Source: an uncultured archaeon (lineage in GTDB: Archaea > Micrarchaeota > Micrarchaeia > Micrarchaeales > CABMGC01). Taken from it: DNA of 64,000 nucleotides. The stretch is from NCBI GenBank assembly GCA_963704435.1, contig OY969902.1, positions 200,949 to 264,948 on the forward strand. The letters run 5' to 3'. Shown piece after piece: positions 1-9,013 of this stretch (within the stretch, counting starts at the first letter, position 1; each line of letters starts with the position of its first letter). Position numbers and translations under genes: made by a program. Under the pieces are notes generated by a model, which worked only from the letters and a program-made list of their open reading frames with translations, was not told the origin of the DNA and ran no database searches.

Positions 1-1682
1 CCCGCCCGTGCGCGCGTGCCTGGCTCAATCGGCCGGGTAGCCGCAGGCCCTGAAGGCAGGATTAGCAGGACGGTCCCACCCATGTCCACAGTCCCAAAGC
101 TTAGCCCTGCACCATAGGAGCTCAGGATCGCGACCTGGAGCGGAGCCCTGACCGTTGCAGCGCGAATTCCGATTGCTGCCTCCACGGAAGTTCGTACACT
201 ATCTGCGCGGTTGCTCGTGGTTGCTCTTGCCTTTTCCTGCACATTAGCAATTGCGGCAACTTTCTCAGGGTCGATCATTCGCTTGGGTGTGCGCCTCTCC
301 GCGCCTACGCTTGCAAGAGGCTTTTTCTTCTTCCGTTTCTCCTCCGAGTAAGGCGAGGAGATTGATGCGAAGCCCTGCCCGACGCGCGAAGGAGTGACAT
401 TCGGACCAATCGAAACGGAAGCTGGCATCCCGGCGCCGCCGTGCACTCCTATGGGTGCAGCCTTAAGCGTCAGGCCGCCTCCGCGCGCGGTTACGAGTGC
501 CAGCGGCTGCTGCCTGCTCATCATGGAGAGATTCAGGAACGGGACCACGTCCCCGACCTGCGAGAGGACCTTCACTCCGGTCATCGGCCTGATCGCGCCG
601 CCCCCGATGAATTGGGTGCTGCCGAAGCCCCTCGCGTCCATGAGGCTCAGCGTTGAGGCGACCATCTGCTGGTGCAAATGATCCGACAGGCTGAATATCA
701 CCGCGACAGCGCGGCTGCTTATGGCTGCATTGGCGATGTCCTCGTGGCTTCGCGGATCCTCCATGAAGATTACCCTGCACCCCGCGGCGACTCCAGACTG
801 CGCGATAAGAAGTGGGGCGCGATTGTGGCCGTCGTCCCCGGTTTTCACGATTAACAAAGTGGGCTTTTCCGCCACGTTCCCGTCGTTCCCCCTTACGACG
901 CCAGACAATACGCCGGTGTCGTTGAACTTGTGGCTGGTCAGGTTGTCAAAATTTCTTGTAACCCACGCTTCGGACAGGGCCCGGGATGCCTTTTGAATGC
1001 CTAGGCCGTTTAGCCACTCCATGCTATCCAAAACCGCACCGATCTTATCCGGATTCTGCGCTATTAGGTAGAACAGCTCGCTCGCGAACCTCGCGTCCTT
1101 TGACATATTTCGCGCATGCTGGTTCTGAATGAGCTTCCTGTCCGTCAACGCGTCGACGCTCCCAGTCGTGCCGACGGAGAAAAATAAGTTGCTGGCACCG
1201 CCCGCGCCCATGCCGCTGAGGAAGTGCGATATGCCGTCCGAAAGGAGCTTCGGATCCGTAAGCGCGACTGCATTTCCGGTTAGCCTTATCGCGTATAGGT
1301 GGGCGCCTGCGATGGCGGGGTCCTTACTGCGTATGGAGTCGAGGAATTCGTTGCGGGTAAGCTCGTTGAAATTGTCCTTGTTGAGCGCGAAGAGGAGTCC
1401 GACGCGAACTAGCGGGTCGAGCGGCATGGCGCCCTTTATCATCTCCAGCTCTTTCTTTTCGATGCCGGGGGCGGCACTCTTGATTATCGCATCCGTGTAC
1501 TTCGTGGAATAGTCCTTTGCCTGCGCCGACACCCCATTCGTCGCGAGGTAGGCTTCCCTTTCCTTGGGGGCCATCTTCTCGCAGGCGCAGGATGCTGCAT
1601 CCACGCGCGCCTCAAGGTTGCGAGTCTCTGCGGTTGAGGGTTTTACATACTCTGTCCGGAAGAATAGCTGCTGTTTGTACAT
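1..1682 (-). CDS. Hypothetical protein, 3' end outside the window, with a cobalamin-binding-domain-like segment
   Basis: Absent from the ORF track because there is no stop inside the window. My translation of the minus strand from ATG (1682-1680) is open down to position 1 (MYKQQLFFRTEYVKPSTAETRNLEARV...). The segment KPTLLIVKTGDDGHNRAPLLIAQSGVAAGCRVIFMEDP...AVAVIFSLSDHL...FIGGGAI follows the layout of B12-binding Rossmann domains, with a DxHxxG-type loop that reads DGHNRA here. Confidence 0.5.
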   Translation of the reverse strand, partial: MYKQQLFFRTEYVKPSTAETRNLEARVDAASCACEKMAPKEREAYLATNGVSAQAKDYSTKYTDAIIKSAAPGIEKKELEMIKGAMPLDPLVRVGLLFALNKDNFNELTRNEFLDSIRSKDPAIAGAHLYAIRLTGNAVALTDPKLLSDGISHFLSGMGAGGASNLFFSVGTTGSVDALTDRKLIQNQHARNMSKDARFASELFYLIAQNPDKIGAVLDSMEWLNGLGIQKASRALSEAWVTRNFDNLTSHKFNDTGVLSGVVRGNDGNVAEKPTLLIVKTGDDGHNRAPLLIAQSGVAAGCRVIFMEDPRSHEDIANAAISSRAVAVIFSLSDHLHQQMVASTLSLMDARGFGSTQFIGGGAIRPMTGVKVLSQVGDVVPFLNLSMMSRQQPLALVTARGGGLTLKAAPIGVHGGAGMPASVSIGPNVTPSRVGQGFASISSPYSEEKRKKKKPLASVGAERRTPKRMIDPEKVAAIANVQEKARATTSNRADSVRTSVEAAIGIRAATVRAPLQVAILSSYGAGLSFGTVDMGGTVLLILPSGPAATRPIEPGTRARA

Positions 1683-1882
1683 CTCTACCCATGCTCGTGG
1701 CACTATATCGGACTCAGGCAGACTGGCTTACCCCTCGCAATGGGATCACAGTTGCGGCACAGCAGTGGATTTTCACCACTTTCCCCTGACCATAGCTGGA
1801 TCTGAACCCAGCTGTCCGGTCTGTAGATATCTGAAACAACGTTTATAAATTCGCAATCGCAAATTGGAACTCGGGGTATTCC

Positions 1883-2461
1883 ATGGGAGACGAGCACGAG
1901 ATAACCATACTTGACGTTAAGCGCAGCGAAGTGCTGGCTCGCCTGAGGAAGCTGAAGGCGAAGCACACCGGCAGCCACAAGTTCAGGAGGGTGGAGTTCC
2001 TGGTCAGGGGAGACGTCGGGGGCGGCCACTCCTGGGGCAGGGTCCGAACCAACGGCGACGAGACCACGATAACACTCAAAGAAACCAAGGGCAAGGGCGG
2101 CTTTGCTTCGATGAAGGAATACGAGGTTAAGGCGGACAACTTCGAGGAGGCGGCAAGGATCATGACGAAGCTCGTGGGCTCTAGGATCGTGGTCTATTTC
2201 GAGAATGATCGTGACGCGTACAGGCTCGGCAACGCGCAGGTGACGATTGACAAGTGGCCGAAGATACCCGCATTCGTCGAGATAGAGGCGCCCTCCATGG
2301 CAGAGGTGAAGAGGGCGTACAAGCGGCTGGGCATAAGCGGCAGGTTCGTCGGTAATCTATCCATACACAAGATATACGGGCACTACGGACTGAGTTTCGA
2401 GAAGGTCATGGCGAAGAACAGGCCGAAGCTGAACAGGCTGATTGGAGAGACCAAAAAATAA
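1883..2461 (+). CDS. CYTH-domain protein (CyaB/thiamine-triphosphatase-like)
   Basis: 192-aa ORF. It has an N-terminal acidic ExExx strand (DEHEITILDVK) and the size and strand pattern typical of CYTH triphosphate tunnel enzymes. Recognised by eye only. Confidence 0.55.
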   Translation: MGDEHEITILDVKRSEVLARLRKLKAKHTGSHKFRRVEFLVRGDVGGGHSWGRVRTNGDETTITLKETKGKGGFASMKEYEVKADNFEEAARIMTKLVGSRIVVYFENDRDAYRLGNAQVTIDKWPKIPAFVEIEAPSMAEVKRAYKRLGISGRFVGNLSIHKIYGHYGLSFEKVMAKNRPKLNRLIGETKK

Positions 2462-2496
2462 AATCTGAGCGTAAGCGCTCGGTAAGAAGTAGCATC

Positions 2497-2913
2497 TCAG
2501 ACCAATCCCACTACAAACTTGATGAACCTATCGGCATCCTTCACGATCGCAATCGCGTCCAACTCACTGCTTATTGCGCCGCCGTATTGTATGGAGTGCC
2601 TTGTCATCCTGTACGAATCGATGAGCCTGAGATAGTCCTGCACCTCGGAGTCGTCCCGGTAGAGCTCCCTTAGCGCCTCTATCATTGCGAAATGTCCGCG
2701 TTCCTTATAGCCCTTCCTGAAGAGCAGCGACCTTGCGGCATGGAACATTGCATCATATGCCAACAGGAATACGATGTCAGAGAAGCCCAGAGTCTGGTTG
2801 CCCTTGGCCCTTTTTAGGAAGTGCTTTGCGATCGATATGGATCCCTCTATCTCATCTTTGTCCACGGACTGTTTCTTTATCAGTCCCTTCCGCAAAAGCT
2901 CCTCGAGTTTCAA
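2497..2913 (-). CDS. HEPN-domain protein (toxin partner of a HEPN-MNT pair)
   Basis: 138 aa and all-helical. The segment LLAYDAMFHAARSLLFRKGYKERGHFAMIEAL is typical of small archaeal HEPN proteins. It overlaps the upstream nucleotidyltransferase gene by 4 nt (2910-2913). Confidence 0.75.
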   Translation of the reverse strand: MKLEELLRKGLIKKQSVDKDEIEGSISIAKHFLKRAKGNQTLGFSDIVFLLAYDAMFHAARSLLFRKGYKERGHFAMIEALRELYRDDSEVQDYLRLIDSYRMTRHSIQYGGAISSELDAIAIVKDADRFIKFVVGLV

Positions 2914-3458
2914 GGCAGCGCCCCATACAGCACTATGTTGCTCTTGATGATGGAAGAGTAAAACTTATCTTTCTTTTCAGAGATCTTCCGCCATTCCCCG
3001 ATAGTCATTATTTCCAGCTTCACTTCCAGGCCCAGTTCCTTTTCGAGCTGGCTCAATCCCGAGAGATTCATTCCCTTCGAAGGCGAGATGACGAGCAGGT
3101 CGATGTCGCTGCTCCTGTCCTGTTCGCCCCTTGCTGCGCTCCCGTACAGGGTCACGTTGCTCAGTTGCGGATTTTCGGCGACGAACCTGTTGATGCAAGG
3201 GGAGATTTTCAGGAGAAGGTATGCCTTCTTCAACTCCTTCGTCACTGCATTGGACGCGAGTGAGTAGAATATCGCGTTGCCTGCTTTCTCCTTCTCCAGC
3301 AGACCTGCGGTCTCGTACAGTTGGAGATACGTCTGCGCCGTTCTCGGACTTATTCCCAGCGTTCTCGACAGCTCTTTCAGGTATGTCCTATCGCCTTCGG
3401 ATAGAAAGTACTCCAGAACAGCCCATCCCTTGAACTTTCTCCATTCTTCCAATAGCAT
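2910..3458 (-). CDS. Minimal nucleotidyltransferase (MNT) with N-terminal winged-HTH
   Basis: 182 aa. The motif LYGSAARGEQDRSSDIDLLV matches the GS-X10-DxD pol-beta nucleotidyltransferase signature. The N-terminus (LKELSRTLGISPRTAQTYLQLY) looks like a wHTH. The gene is translationally coupled to the HEPN gene. Confidence 0.75.
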   Translation of the reverse strand: MLLEEWRKFKGWAVLEYFLSEGDRTYLKELSRTLGISPRTAQTYLQLYETAGLLEKEKAGNAIFYSLASNAVTKELKKAYLLLKISPCINRFVAENPQLSNVTLYGSAARGEQDRSSDIDLLVISPSKGMNLSGLSQLEKELGLEVKLEIMTIGEWRKISEKKDKFYSSIIKSNIVLYGALP

Positions 3459-3463
3459 AACCT

Positions 3464-3501
3464 ATAATACGATAGTATTATATATAAACCTATCGTATTA
3501 T
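3464..3501. promoter_or_regulatory. Perfect 12-bp inverted repeat flanking an AT-rich TATA-like spacer upstream of the MNT-HEPN operon
   Basis: ATAATACGATAG (3464-3475) and CTATCGTATTAT (3490-3501) are exact reverse complements. They are separated by TATTATATATAAAC and start 6 nt upstream of the MNT start at 3458. Confidence 0.45.
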
Positions 3502-3530
3502 CTAAGTCAATTGCATGCGGAAGCCCGCAG

Positions 3531-5459
3531 TTACCCGAAGAATATTGGCCTTTTCGAAATCAGCATGGGCAGGGACAGGCTAGTTTTCGGCATTCCTTCC
3601 GTTTTGCTCAGTATCGTTTGCGCCAGATCCGCAAACATGATTTTCTCCTGCTTCTTGTCCTCCCTTATCCTGACCATCAGCAAGCCGGACTGGATTTCCC
3701 TGTCTCCGATAACGCAGATATAAGGCACCCAATCCTGCTCCGCGCCCCTTATCTTCTTGTCCATCGTCGTTTCGCTATCGTCCACGTCCGCCCGTATGCC
3801 CTTTTGCTTCATCTCCTCGGCGAATTTCACGCACTGTTCCACATGTTTATCGGATACCGGAACGAATCTTACCTGCGTAGGGATTAGCCAGAGCGGCAGC
3901 TTGGGAACCTGCCCCTTGCTCTGCCTTATTGACGCCAGTTCCAGCAGGGCGTAGATGACCCTTTCCACGGCCCCGCTTGGCGAGCAGTGAAGTATTATCG
4001 CATTTTCCTTTTTGCTCTGCGAGTCGACGTAAGTAATGCCGTACCTCTTGCTGTTTTCGTGGTCTATCTGCACGGTCGACAGCGCCGTGGCCTTGTTCAT
4101 CGAATCGACGATGTTGAATTCAAACTTCGGGTCAAAATATGCGTACCTGAAGTTCCACATCTCTATCAATGCTGGTTTTTTGAGCTTGTTTTTGACCAGG
4201 TCCGCTATGAATTCTTTATTTTTTGACCAGAATTCTTCGGTCATCCTGATTGCGGCCTCGTACTCGAACGCTTCTATTCCGAGGGACGCAAGCATCATTT
4301 GGCAAAATCCGAACTGCTTTCCGAACTCTTCCTTGGCCTGTTCCAGGCCATTGCAGATGGTGTGCATATCCGGCATAGTGAATGCGCGCAGCCTTTTTAG
4401 CCCTACAACTTCTCCGCTCTTTTCCCTCCTGAAACTGTATCTCGTAAGTTCATATATTTTCAGGGGCAGCTGTTTGTAGGATATCGTCGCATCGTGCATC
4501 ATCAGGAACTGGCCGAAACATGCGGAGAATCTCAGGAACAGTTCCTTGTCGTCCGAGCGCACCACGTAATGCCTGGCCGGGAATCTGGCCAGATAGTCCT
4601 TGAGCGCAGGATGCTCATAATCATACATTATGGGAGTTTCCACTTCCACCGCGCCGTACTCGATGGTTTTCTCCGTTACATAACTTTCAAGCAGGCTCTT
4701 GATCAGCCTTCCATTGGGATAATATCGCATATTTCCAGAGTCGGACCCTGGCTCGTAGTCCACTAGTTGCAGCTTGCGCATCAGCTTAATGTGCTCGGGC
4801 ACTTGATCGTAGACTCTTGTCTTTTTTATCTCGTAATCTGCAAATTTCTTCAGGTTTGAATCCTTTTGGAACGCAAACCCATCGACGGGCGTCAATTTTC
4901 CATCGGCATCCAAGATGTACCAGGTAGATATGACCTTGGTCTCCTCCGCCATCGCCTTTGACTCGCTTTCTGCTTCATTTGCCTTTTCTCGAAGGTCAGT
5001 CATCGCATCATCTCCGGTAACATTATCCTTCTCTAAGCGGGCCGACCTTTCATTGCTCCCGTAGCTGCGGGACATCTCCGCGAGCGGATGGCCCTTGATC
5101 GAGAAGCTCAGCCTCTTGTTCCAGCCGAACGGCGCGTTGTGGAGGCTGACGCCCTCCGGTACGCGCTCGCGCATCGATTCGAGCACGCTAAGCGCGTCCT
5201 TCGGCGGCGCCAGGTCAGCGCTGAGGTGCGCGAACGGGTATATGACCAGCTCCTTCCTCCCCTGCTTCCTCATGAACGCCGAAACATCCTCCATCGCCTC
5301 CCTGGCGGTCCCCTCCTCGTCTCCCTTCTCGACGCTGACGAGGAGCACCAGCGCGTCGTCCACGGAGACCCTCTTCTCCCCGCCCTCCTCGTGCACGCTC
5401 GCCTCTGGCTTAACCAGCTCATAGGTTATGTTGTCAACGTCAAGCTGAAGTATACGCAT
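3531..5459 (-). CDS. thrS: Threonyl-tRNA synthetase, archaeal type with N-terminal editing domain
   Basis: 642 aa. The N-terminal archaeal ThrRS editing domain is present (VIYPFAHLSADLAPP...). So are a class II core (FRREKSGEVVGLKRLRAFTMPDMHT) and a C-terminal anticodon-binding domain. Confidence 0.9.
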   Translation of the reverse strand: MRILQLDVDNITYELVKPEASVHEEGGEKRVSVDDALVLLVSVEKGDEEGTAREAMEDVSAFMRKQGRKELVIYPFAHLSADLAPPKDALSVLESMRERVPEGVSLHNAPFGWNKRLSFSIKGHPLAEMSRSYGSNERSARLEKDNVTGDDAMTDLREKANEAESESKAMAEETKVISTWYILDADGKLTPVDGFAFQKDSNLKKFADYEIKKTRVYDQVPEHIKLMRKLQLVDYEPGSDSGNMRYYPNGRLIKSLLESYVTEKTIEYGAVEVETPIMYDYEHPALKDYLARFPARHYVVRSDDKELFLRFSACFGQFLMMHDATISYKQLPLKIYELTRYSFRREKSGEVVGLKRLRAFTMPDMHTICNGLEQAKEEFGKQFGFCQMMLASLGIEAFEYEAAIRMTEEFWSKNKEFIADLVKNKLKKPALIEMWNFRYAYFDPKFEFNIVDSMNKATALSTVQIDHENSKRYGITYVDSQSKKENAIILHCSPSGAVERVIYALLELASIRQSKGQVPKLPLWLIPTQVRFVPVSDKHVEQCVKFAEEMKQKGIRADVDDSETTMDKKIRGAEQDWVPYICVIGDREIQSGLLMVRIREDKKQEKIMFADLAQTILSKTEGMPKTSLSLPMLISKRPIFFG

Positions 5460-5572
5460 CGGATCCCTTGCCTATTGGCAATAATTGGAAAGGCAATAAA
5501 TAAAATAGGTCTCTTCGGTGGCGAGTCCGGCAAAAGGCACATAAACGTTCAGTTCGAAAGCCAAAAGAGGGC

Positions 5573-6802
5573 ATGAACGTACTCGTCGTCGACCTTGGAT
5601 CGAAGATGAACGCCATGGGCGGGCAGGCGCGCGTAGCCGCGTCGCTCTTCAGGGGCCTGGGGAAGAGGTTCAATGCATACTATCTCGGCTACCCGACCGA
5701 GTACCTGGGCGGCGGCAGGAACACCATAATGCTGAAGAGGGGGGTGCTCGGGCTCGGCCTGAAGAGGAGCGGGGCAAGCGAGCACGCCATCATGAGGATG
5801 GGCTACAACGTCCTGGTGGCGCGCAACCTCATCGGGCTGGGGATCGACAAGGCCGAGCTGCTCGAGCGCGTGAGGCGAATCGGGCCGGACGTCGTCATAG
5901 CCAGCTCGGTCAGCGACCTGCCGCTGCTGATCTACCTCAGGAAGCGCGGCATATCCTTCAAGGCGGTATACGTCGACCACGCCAGCATATCCGGCACCGC
6001 GGGGGGATACCTCTCGAAGGAGTCCATACCCCTCGTCTTCGGAGCCGGAGTGAACTCGCTCAGCACGGAAGGCGCGCTGAGGAAGTTCTTCGGGTTCTTC
6101 GACATGACCGTGGCGCTCAGCAGGAAGCAGCTCGCTGACATATCCAAGTTCACGAGGAGGGTGGCATACATCCCCAATGGGATAGCCGCGGCCGCGGGAA
6201 ATGACGCAAGGCTCAAGGGAAGGCTAAGGAAGAGGTTCGGGATAGGAAAGGGCGATTTCGTCGTGCTCTACATCGGCCGGCTGTTCGAGCGGCAGAAGAG
6301 CGTCAGCACGCTGATAAGGGCCTTCTCCACGCTCGGGCACAGCGACATGCGCCTGCTGATAGTTGGCGACGGCCCGTCGCGCGGAGAGTACGAGGAGATG
6401 GCCGATGGCGACCCCCGCATCGTATTCGCCGGGATGCTGGACGACCGCCTGGTGCCTTACGCCTACGGCATCTCCGACCTGTACGTGCTCCCCTCGAACT
6501 GGGAGGGCTTCTCGCTGACGATGCTGGAGGCGGCTGCGCATTCGCTCCCGATAATAATATCCGAGAGGGTGGATTGCGCGGAGTACCGCGTAGGCAGGGG
6601 GCTCGTGACCTTCAAGACGGGGGACCCCGGAAGCCTTGCGGAAAGGATGGAGCTGGCATACGGGAGCGCGCAGATGAGAAGGCGCATGCGGGCGGTATCG
6701 GGCGCGCTGGCCAGGAGGTACGGCGAGGGGCGCATGCTTGGCGCATACGCCAGGCTCGTGCGGTCGGTCGGCGGAAGGCGGAGCGCACGGGAAGCAGCTT
6801 AA
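5573..6802 (+). CDS. Glycosyltransferase, GT4 (GT-B fold) family
   Basis: 409 aa. The C-terminal Glycos_transf_1 signature is present: LYVLPSNWEGFSLTMLEAAAHSLPIIIS. Confidence 0.8.
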   Translation: MNVLVVDLGSKMNAMGGQARVAASLFRGLGKRFNAYYLGYPTEYLGGGRNTIMLKRGVLGLGLKRSGASEHAIMRMGYNVLVARNLIGLGIDKAELLERVRRIGPDVVIASSVSDLPLLIYLRKRGISFKAVYVDHASISGTAGGYLSKESIPLVFGAGVNSLSTEGALRKFFGFFDMTVALSRKQLADISKFTRRVAYIPNGIAAAAGNDARLKGRLRKRFGIGKGDFVVLYIGRLFERQKSVSTLIRAFSTLGHSDMRLLIVGDGPSRGEYEEMADGDPRIVFAGMLDDRLVPYAYGISDLYVLPSNWEGFSLTMLEAAAHSLPIIISERVDCAEYRVGRGLVTFKTGDPGSLAERMELAYGSAQMRRRMRAVSGALARRYGEGRMLGAYARLVRSVGGRRSAREAA

Positions 6803-6811
6803 CGCCCGGCC

Positions 6812-8815
6812 CTATCGAGGGTTCTGCCCCTCAGGGGGAGGTTGTTCCGCCGCAGGCACCTTTTTCCTCATCATCGCGTAAGCGACGACTATTATGACTA
6901 TCAGCGCCACCACGATTACCGCCGCGTATGTCATTGCGGAGCCGCTGGGCATCATTACCTGCGCCGCGCTTGCGACCGTTGTGGACGCCGTTGTCGGAAC
7001 CGTTGTTGCGACAGTGGTCGGAATTGTCGTCGCGACCGTGGTCGACACCGTCGTCGGTTGCGATACGGCGCCGACGAAGGACCAGCTTGTCTGGTCGGTG
7101 TTAGGCGTCAGGGCGTTTGTTGCGTATTTCACAGCATATGTCTGCGGCGCATAGGGGTTGGACAGATTCTTGGGATTCTGCGTTATGACCGCCAATGCTG
7201 CCTGTTTCAGGGGCATTCCGGTAGCCGTCCAAAGCGGGTTGTTCGCGTTTATTACGGCAATGGCGTTGTCGGTGGTGCTTAGCGCAGCGGCCAATGCGGA
7301 GGCGGAAGTCAAGCAATCCGCAGTAGGGTTGGAAAGGCTTGACGGAGCAATGACGCGGCATTTGCCAGTAGTCGCGTTCGGGAAGATGTTCGGATCAAAG
7401 ACCACCACCCTGACCAGGTAGGAGGGGGAATAGGTGCTGTTCTTAAGGGGGGACGCTATGTAGCTGCGGGCGGGGTTTGCGACTACTCCCTCGGGGAGTC
7501 CGGCCACTCCCTTCGTTATCCCGAGAGCCCGCTCGATTATTCCGAACACCGGCGAATAGTAATAGATCGGCTTTCCGGGGCACGCGCTCGACGAATTTCC
7601 GATTCCGCAATCGGTGGTTATTATCGTGCCGTTGTAGATCGGGTATCCCTTGGATGTGGTATAGTTGGGGAGTCCGTATATCGAAGGCCCAGCGAAGGCA
7701 GGGACTATTATCCATATTGGAAGGGCTCCCGCCAGTATATTGGCTCCGGAAGCGCTCCCGATCTCACACGTAGTGACGCCGGACGCGTTTCTGGCTTCGG
7801 TCGTGTTGTAGGGAATTGAAGCGCATGCGGTATCCGTGAAGGCGTACTCGACGAGGTTGCCGTTCTGGAAAGCTGTGGTGCTGTTCGACACTGTGGTCGC
7901 GGAAGTCAGCAGCGCCCACTTCTCTACGTTCGTGTTGCTCGCGTTGACCTTCTTCGTTGTCTGGGGAGTGACTATGGTGATATAGGTGTGGTTCAGGATG
8001 GATTTCGTCTGCGTGACATTATCCAATGCCAGCGTTGCCTGGTAGGGCATAGTATTCTGCACCAGGTATAGAACGTTGTTCCTGTTCGCGGCGACGACTG
8101 CCGAATCGGTCGTGTTGAGCGCCCTGGCGAGAGCGGCCGTGTTGTTGAGGCAGTTGTTCAGGGGGTTGGACAGGTTTGACGCGACGACTTGCGTGCACCT
8201 GCCAGTGGTCGTGTTCGGCAGCAGGTTCGGGTCGTACACGCCGATCCTCACCACGTACGCCAGGTTGGGAATATTCCCTTCGTTGTTTGGGAGCAGGGTG
8301 TCGCGGGCGGCATGCGGCAGCACCCCCTGCGGCAGTCCGAATACGCCTTTCGTTATCCCGAGCGCGGCCTCGAAGGCGCTGTGGCTGGGGGAGTAATAAC
8401 CCCTGTTGATTGATAAATTGCAGGCCGCCGGCGTCCCGTCCGCCCCGCAGCTGGTCACCACAGTCATTCCGTTATACGATGGATAGCCCTGCGCGGTCGA
8501 GTTCCAGTAGGTAAAGCCATAAATGGACGGTCCCGCGAATGACGGGACGAGCTGGTACATCGGATGCAGCCCTACCGTGTTGCTGATGCCCGCTCCTACC
8601 TCGCAGTTGGTCACCGCCGAGGCGTTCACCGCAGGGGGATATCCCAGATAAAGCGCACTGAGAGTCGATGTGCAAGCGGATGCCGGAGTGGAGCTCAGTG
8701 TCACGACCCTGCCGTTCTGGAAAGCCGTATTGCTCGCATATGCTGTGGCGGACATCGCCATCACGGCAAACAAGAAAACAGATGCAAACGCCATTAGTCC
8801 TGCGGACTTGCTCAT
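6812..8815 (-). CDS. Membrane-anchored surface glycoprotein with an internally duplicated ectodomain
   Basis: 667 aa. Features are an N-terminal signal/TM (LMAFASVFLFAVMAMSATAYA) and two homologous ~280-aa modules, each starting AFQNG..., with VP(S/A)FAGPSIYG and C-x-C patterns. There are many N-x-S/T sequons, a Thr/Val-rich linker (TTVSTTVATTIPTTVATTVPTTASTT) and a C-terminal TM plus basic tail. Confidence 0.7.
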   Translation of the reverse strand: MSKSAGLMAFASVFLFAVMAMSATAYASNTAFQNGRVVTLSSTPASACTSTLSALYLGYPPAVNASAVTNCEVGAGISNTVGLHPMYQLVPSFAGPSIYGFTYWNSTAQGYPSYNGMTVVTSCGADGTPAACNLSINRGYYSPSHSAFEAALGITKGVFGLPQGVLPHAARDTLLPNNEGNIPNLAYVVRIGVYDPNLLPNTTTGRCTQVVASNLSNPLNNCLNNTAALARALNTTDSAVVAANRNNVLYLVQNTMPYQATLALDNVTQTKSILNHTYITIVTPQTTKKVNASNTNVEKWALLTSATTVSNSTTAFQNGNLVEYAFTDTACASIPYNTTEARNASGVTTCEIGSASGANILAGALPIWIIVPAFAGPSIYGLPNYTTSKGYPIYNGTIITTDCGIGNSSSACPGKPIYYYSPVFGIIERALGITKGVAGLPEGVVANPARSYIASPLKNSTYSPSYLVRVVVFDPNIFPNATTGKCRVIAPSSLSNPTADCLTSASALAAALSTTDNAIAVINANNPLWTATGMPLKQAALAVITQNPKNLSNPYAPQTYAVKYATNALTPNTDQTSWSFVGAVSQPTTVSTTVATTIPTTVATTVPTTASTTVASAAQVMMPSGSAMTYAAVIVVALIVIIVVAYAMMRKKVPAAEQPPPEGQNPR

Positions 8816-9013
8816 GTCATACCCTTTTCAGCAATTCGCTGCGGATGTTTAAATATCTTTGCGCAAGGCAAAAACGCTGACGAAAGAATCATTTAGCATT
8901 GGGAAAGCCTGACCGCAGGATCAAAACCCAACATGCCTCGGGGCGCGAGCGATGGCCCCAAGGCAGGTCCAGGCAGGAACGCTATCGCAGAAATCGCGAT
9001 AAGCGGATCCTCT

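Noticed and set aside
394-1789. Cluster of short plus- and minus-strand ORFs listed in the track for the first 1.8 kb
   Set aside because: A single uninterrupted minus-strand frame from 1682 to the window edge explains the region. It is missing from the track only because its stop lies outside the window.
6842-7282. Plus-strand ORFs over the Thr-rich linker regions of the surface proteins (also 8933..9532)
   Set aside because: They are antisense translations of ACN/GTN-rich linker DNA, with Arg/Cys/Gly/His-rich repetitive products. The minus strand encodes coherent signal-ectodomain-linker-TM proteins.
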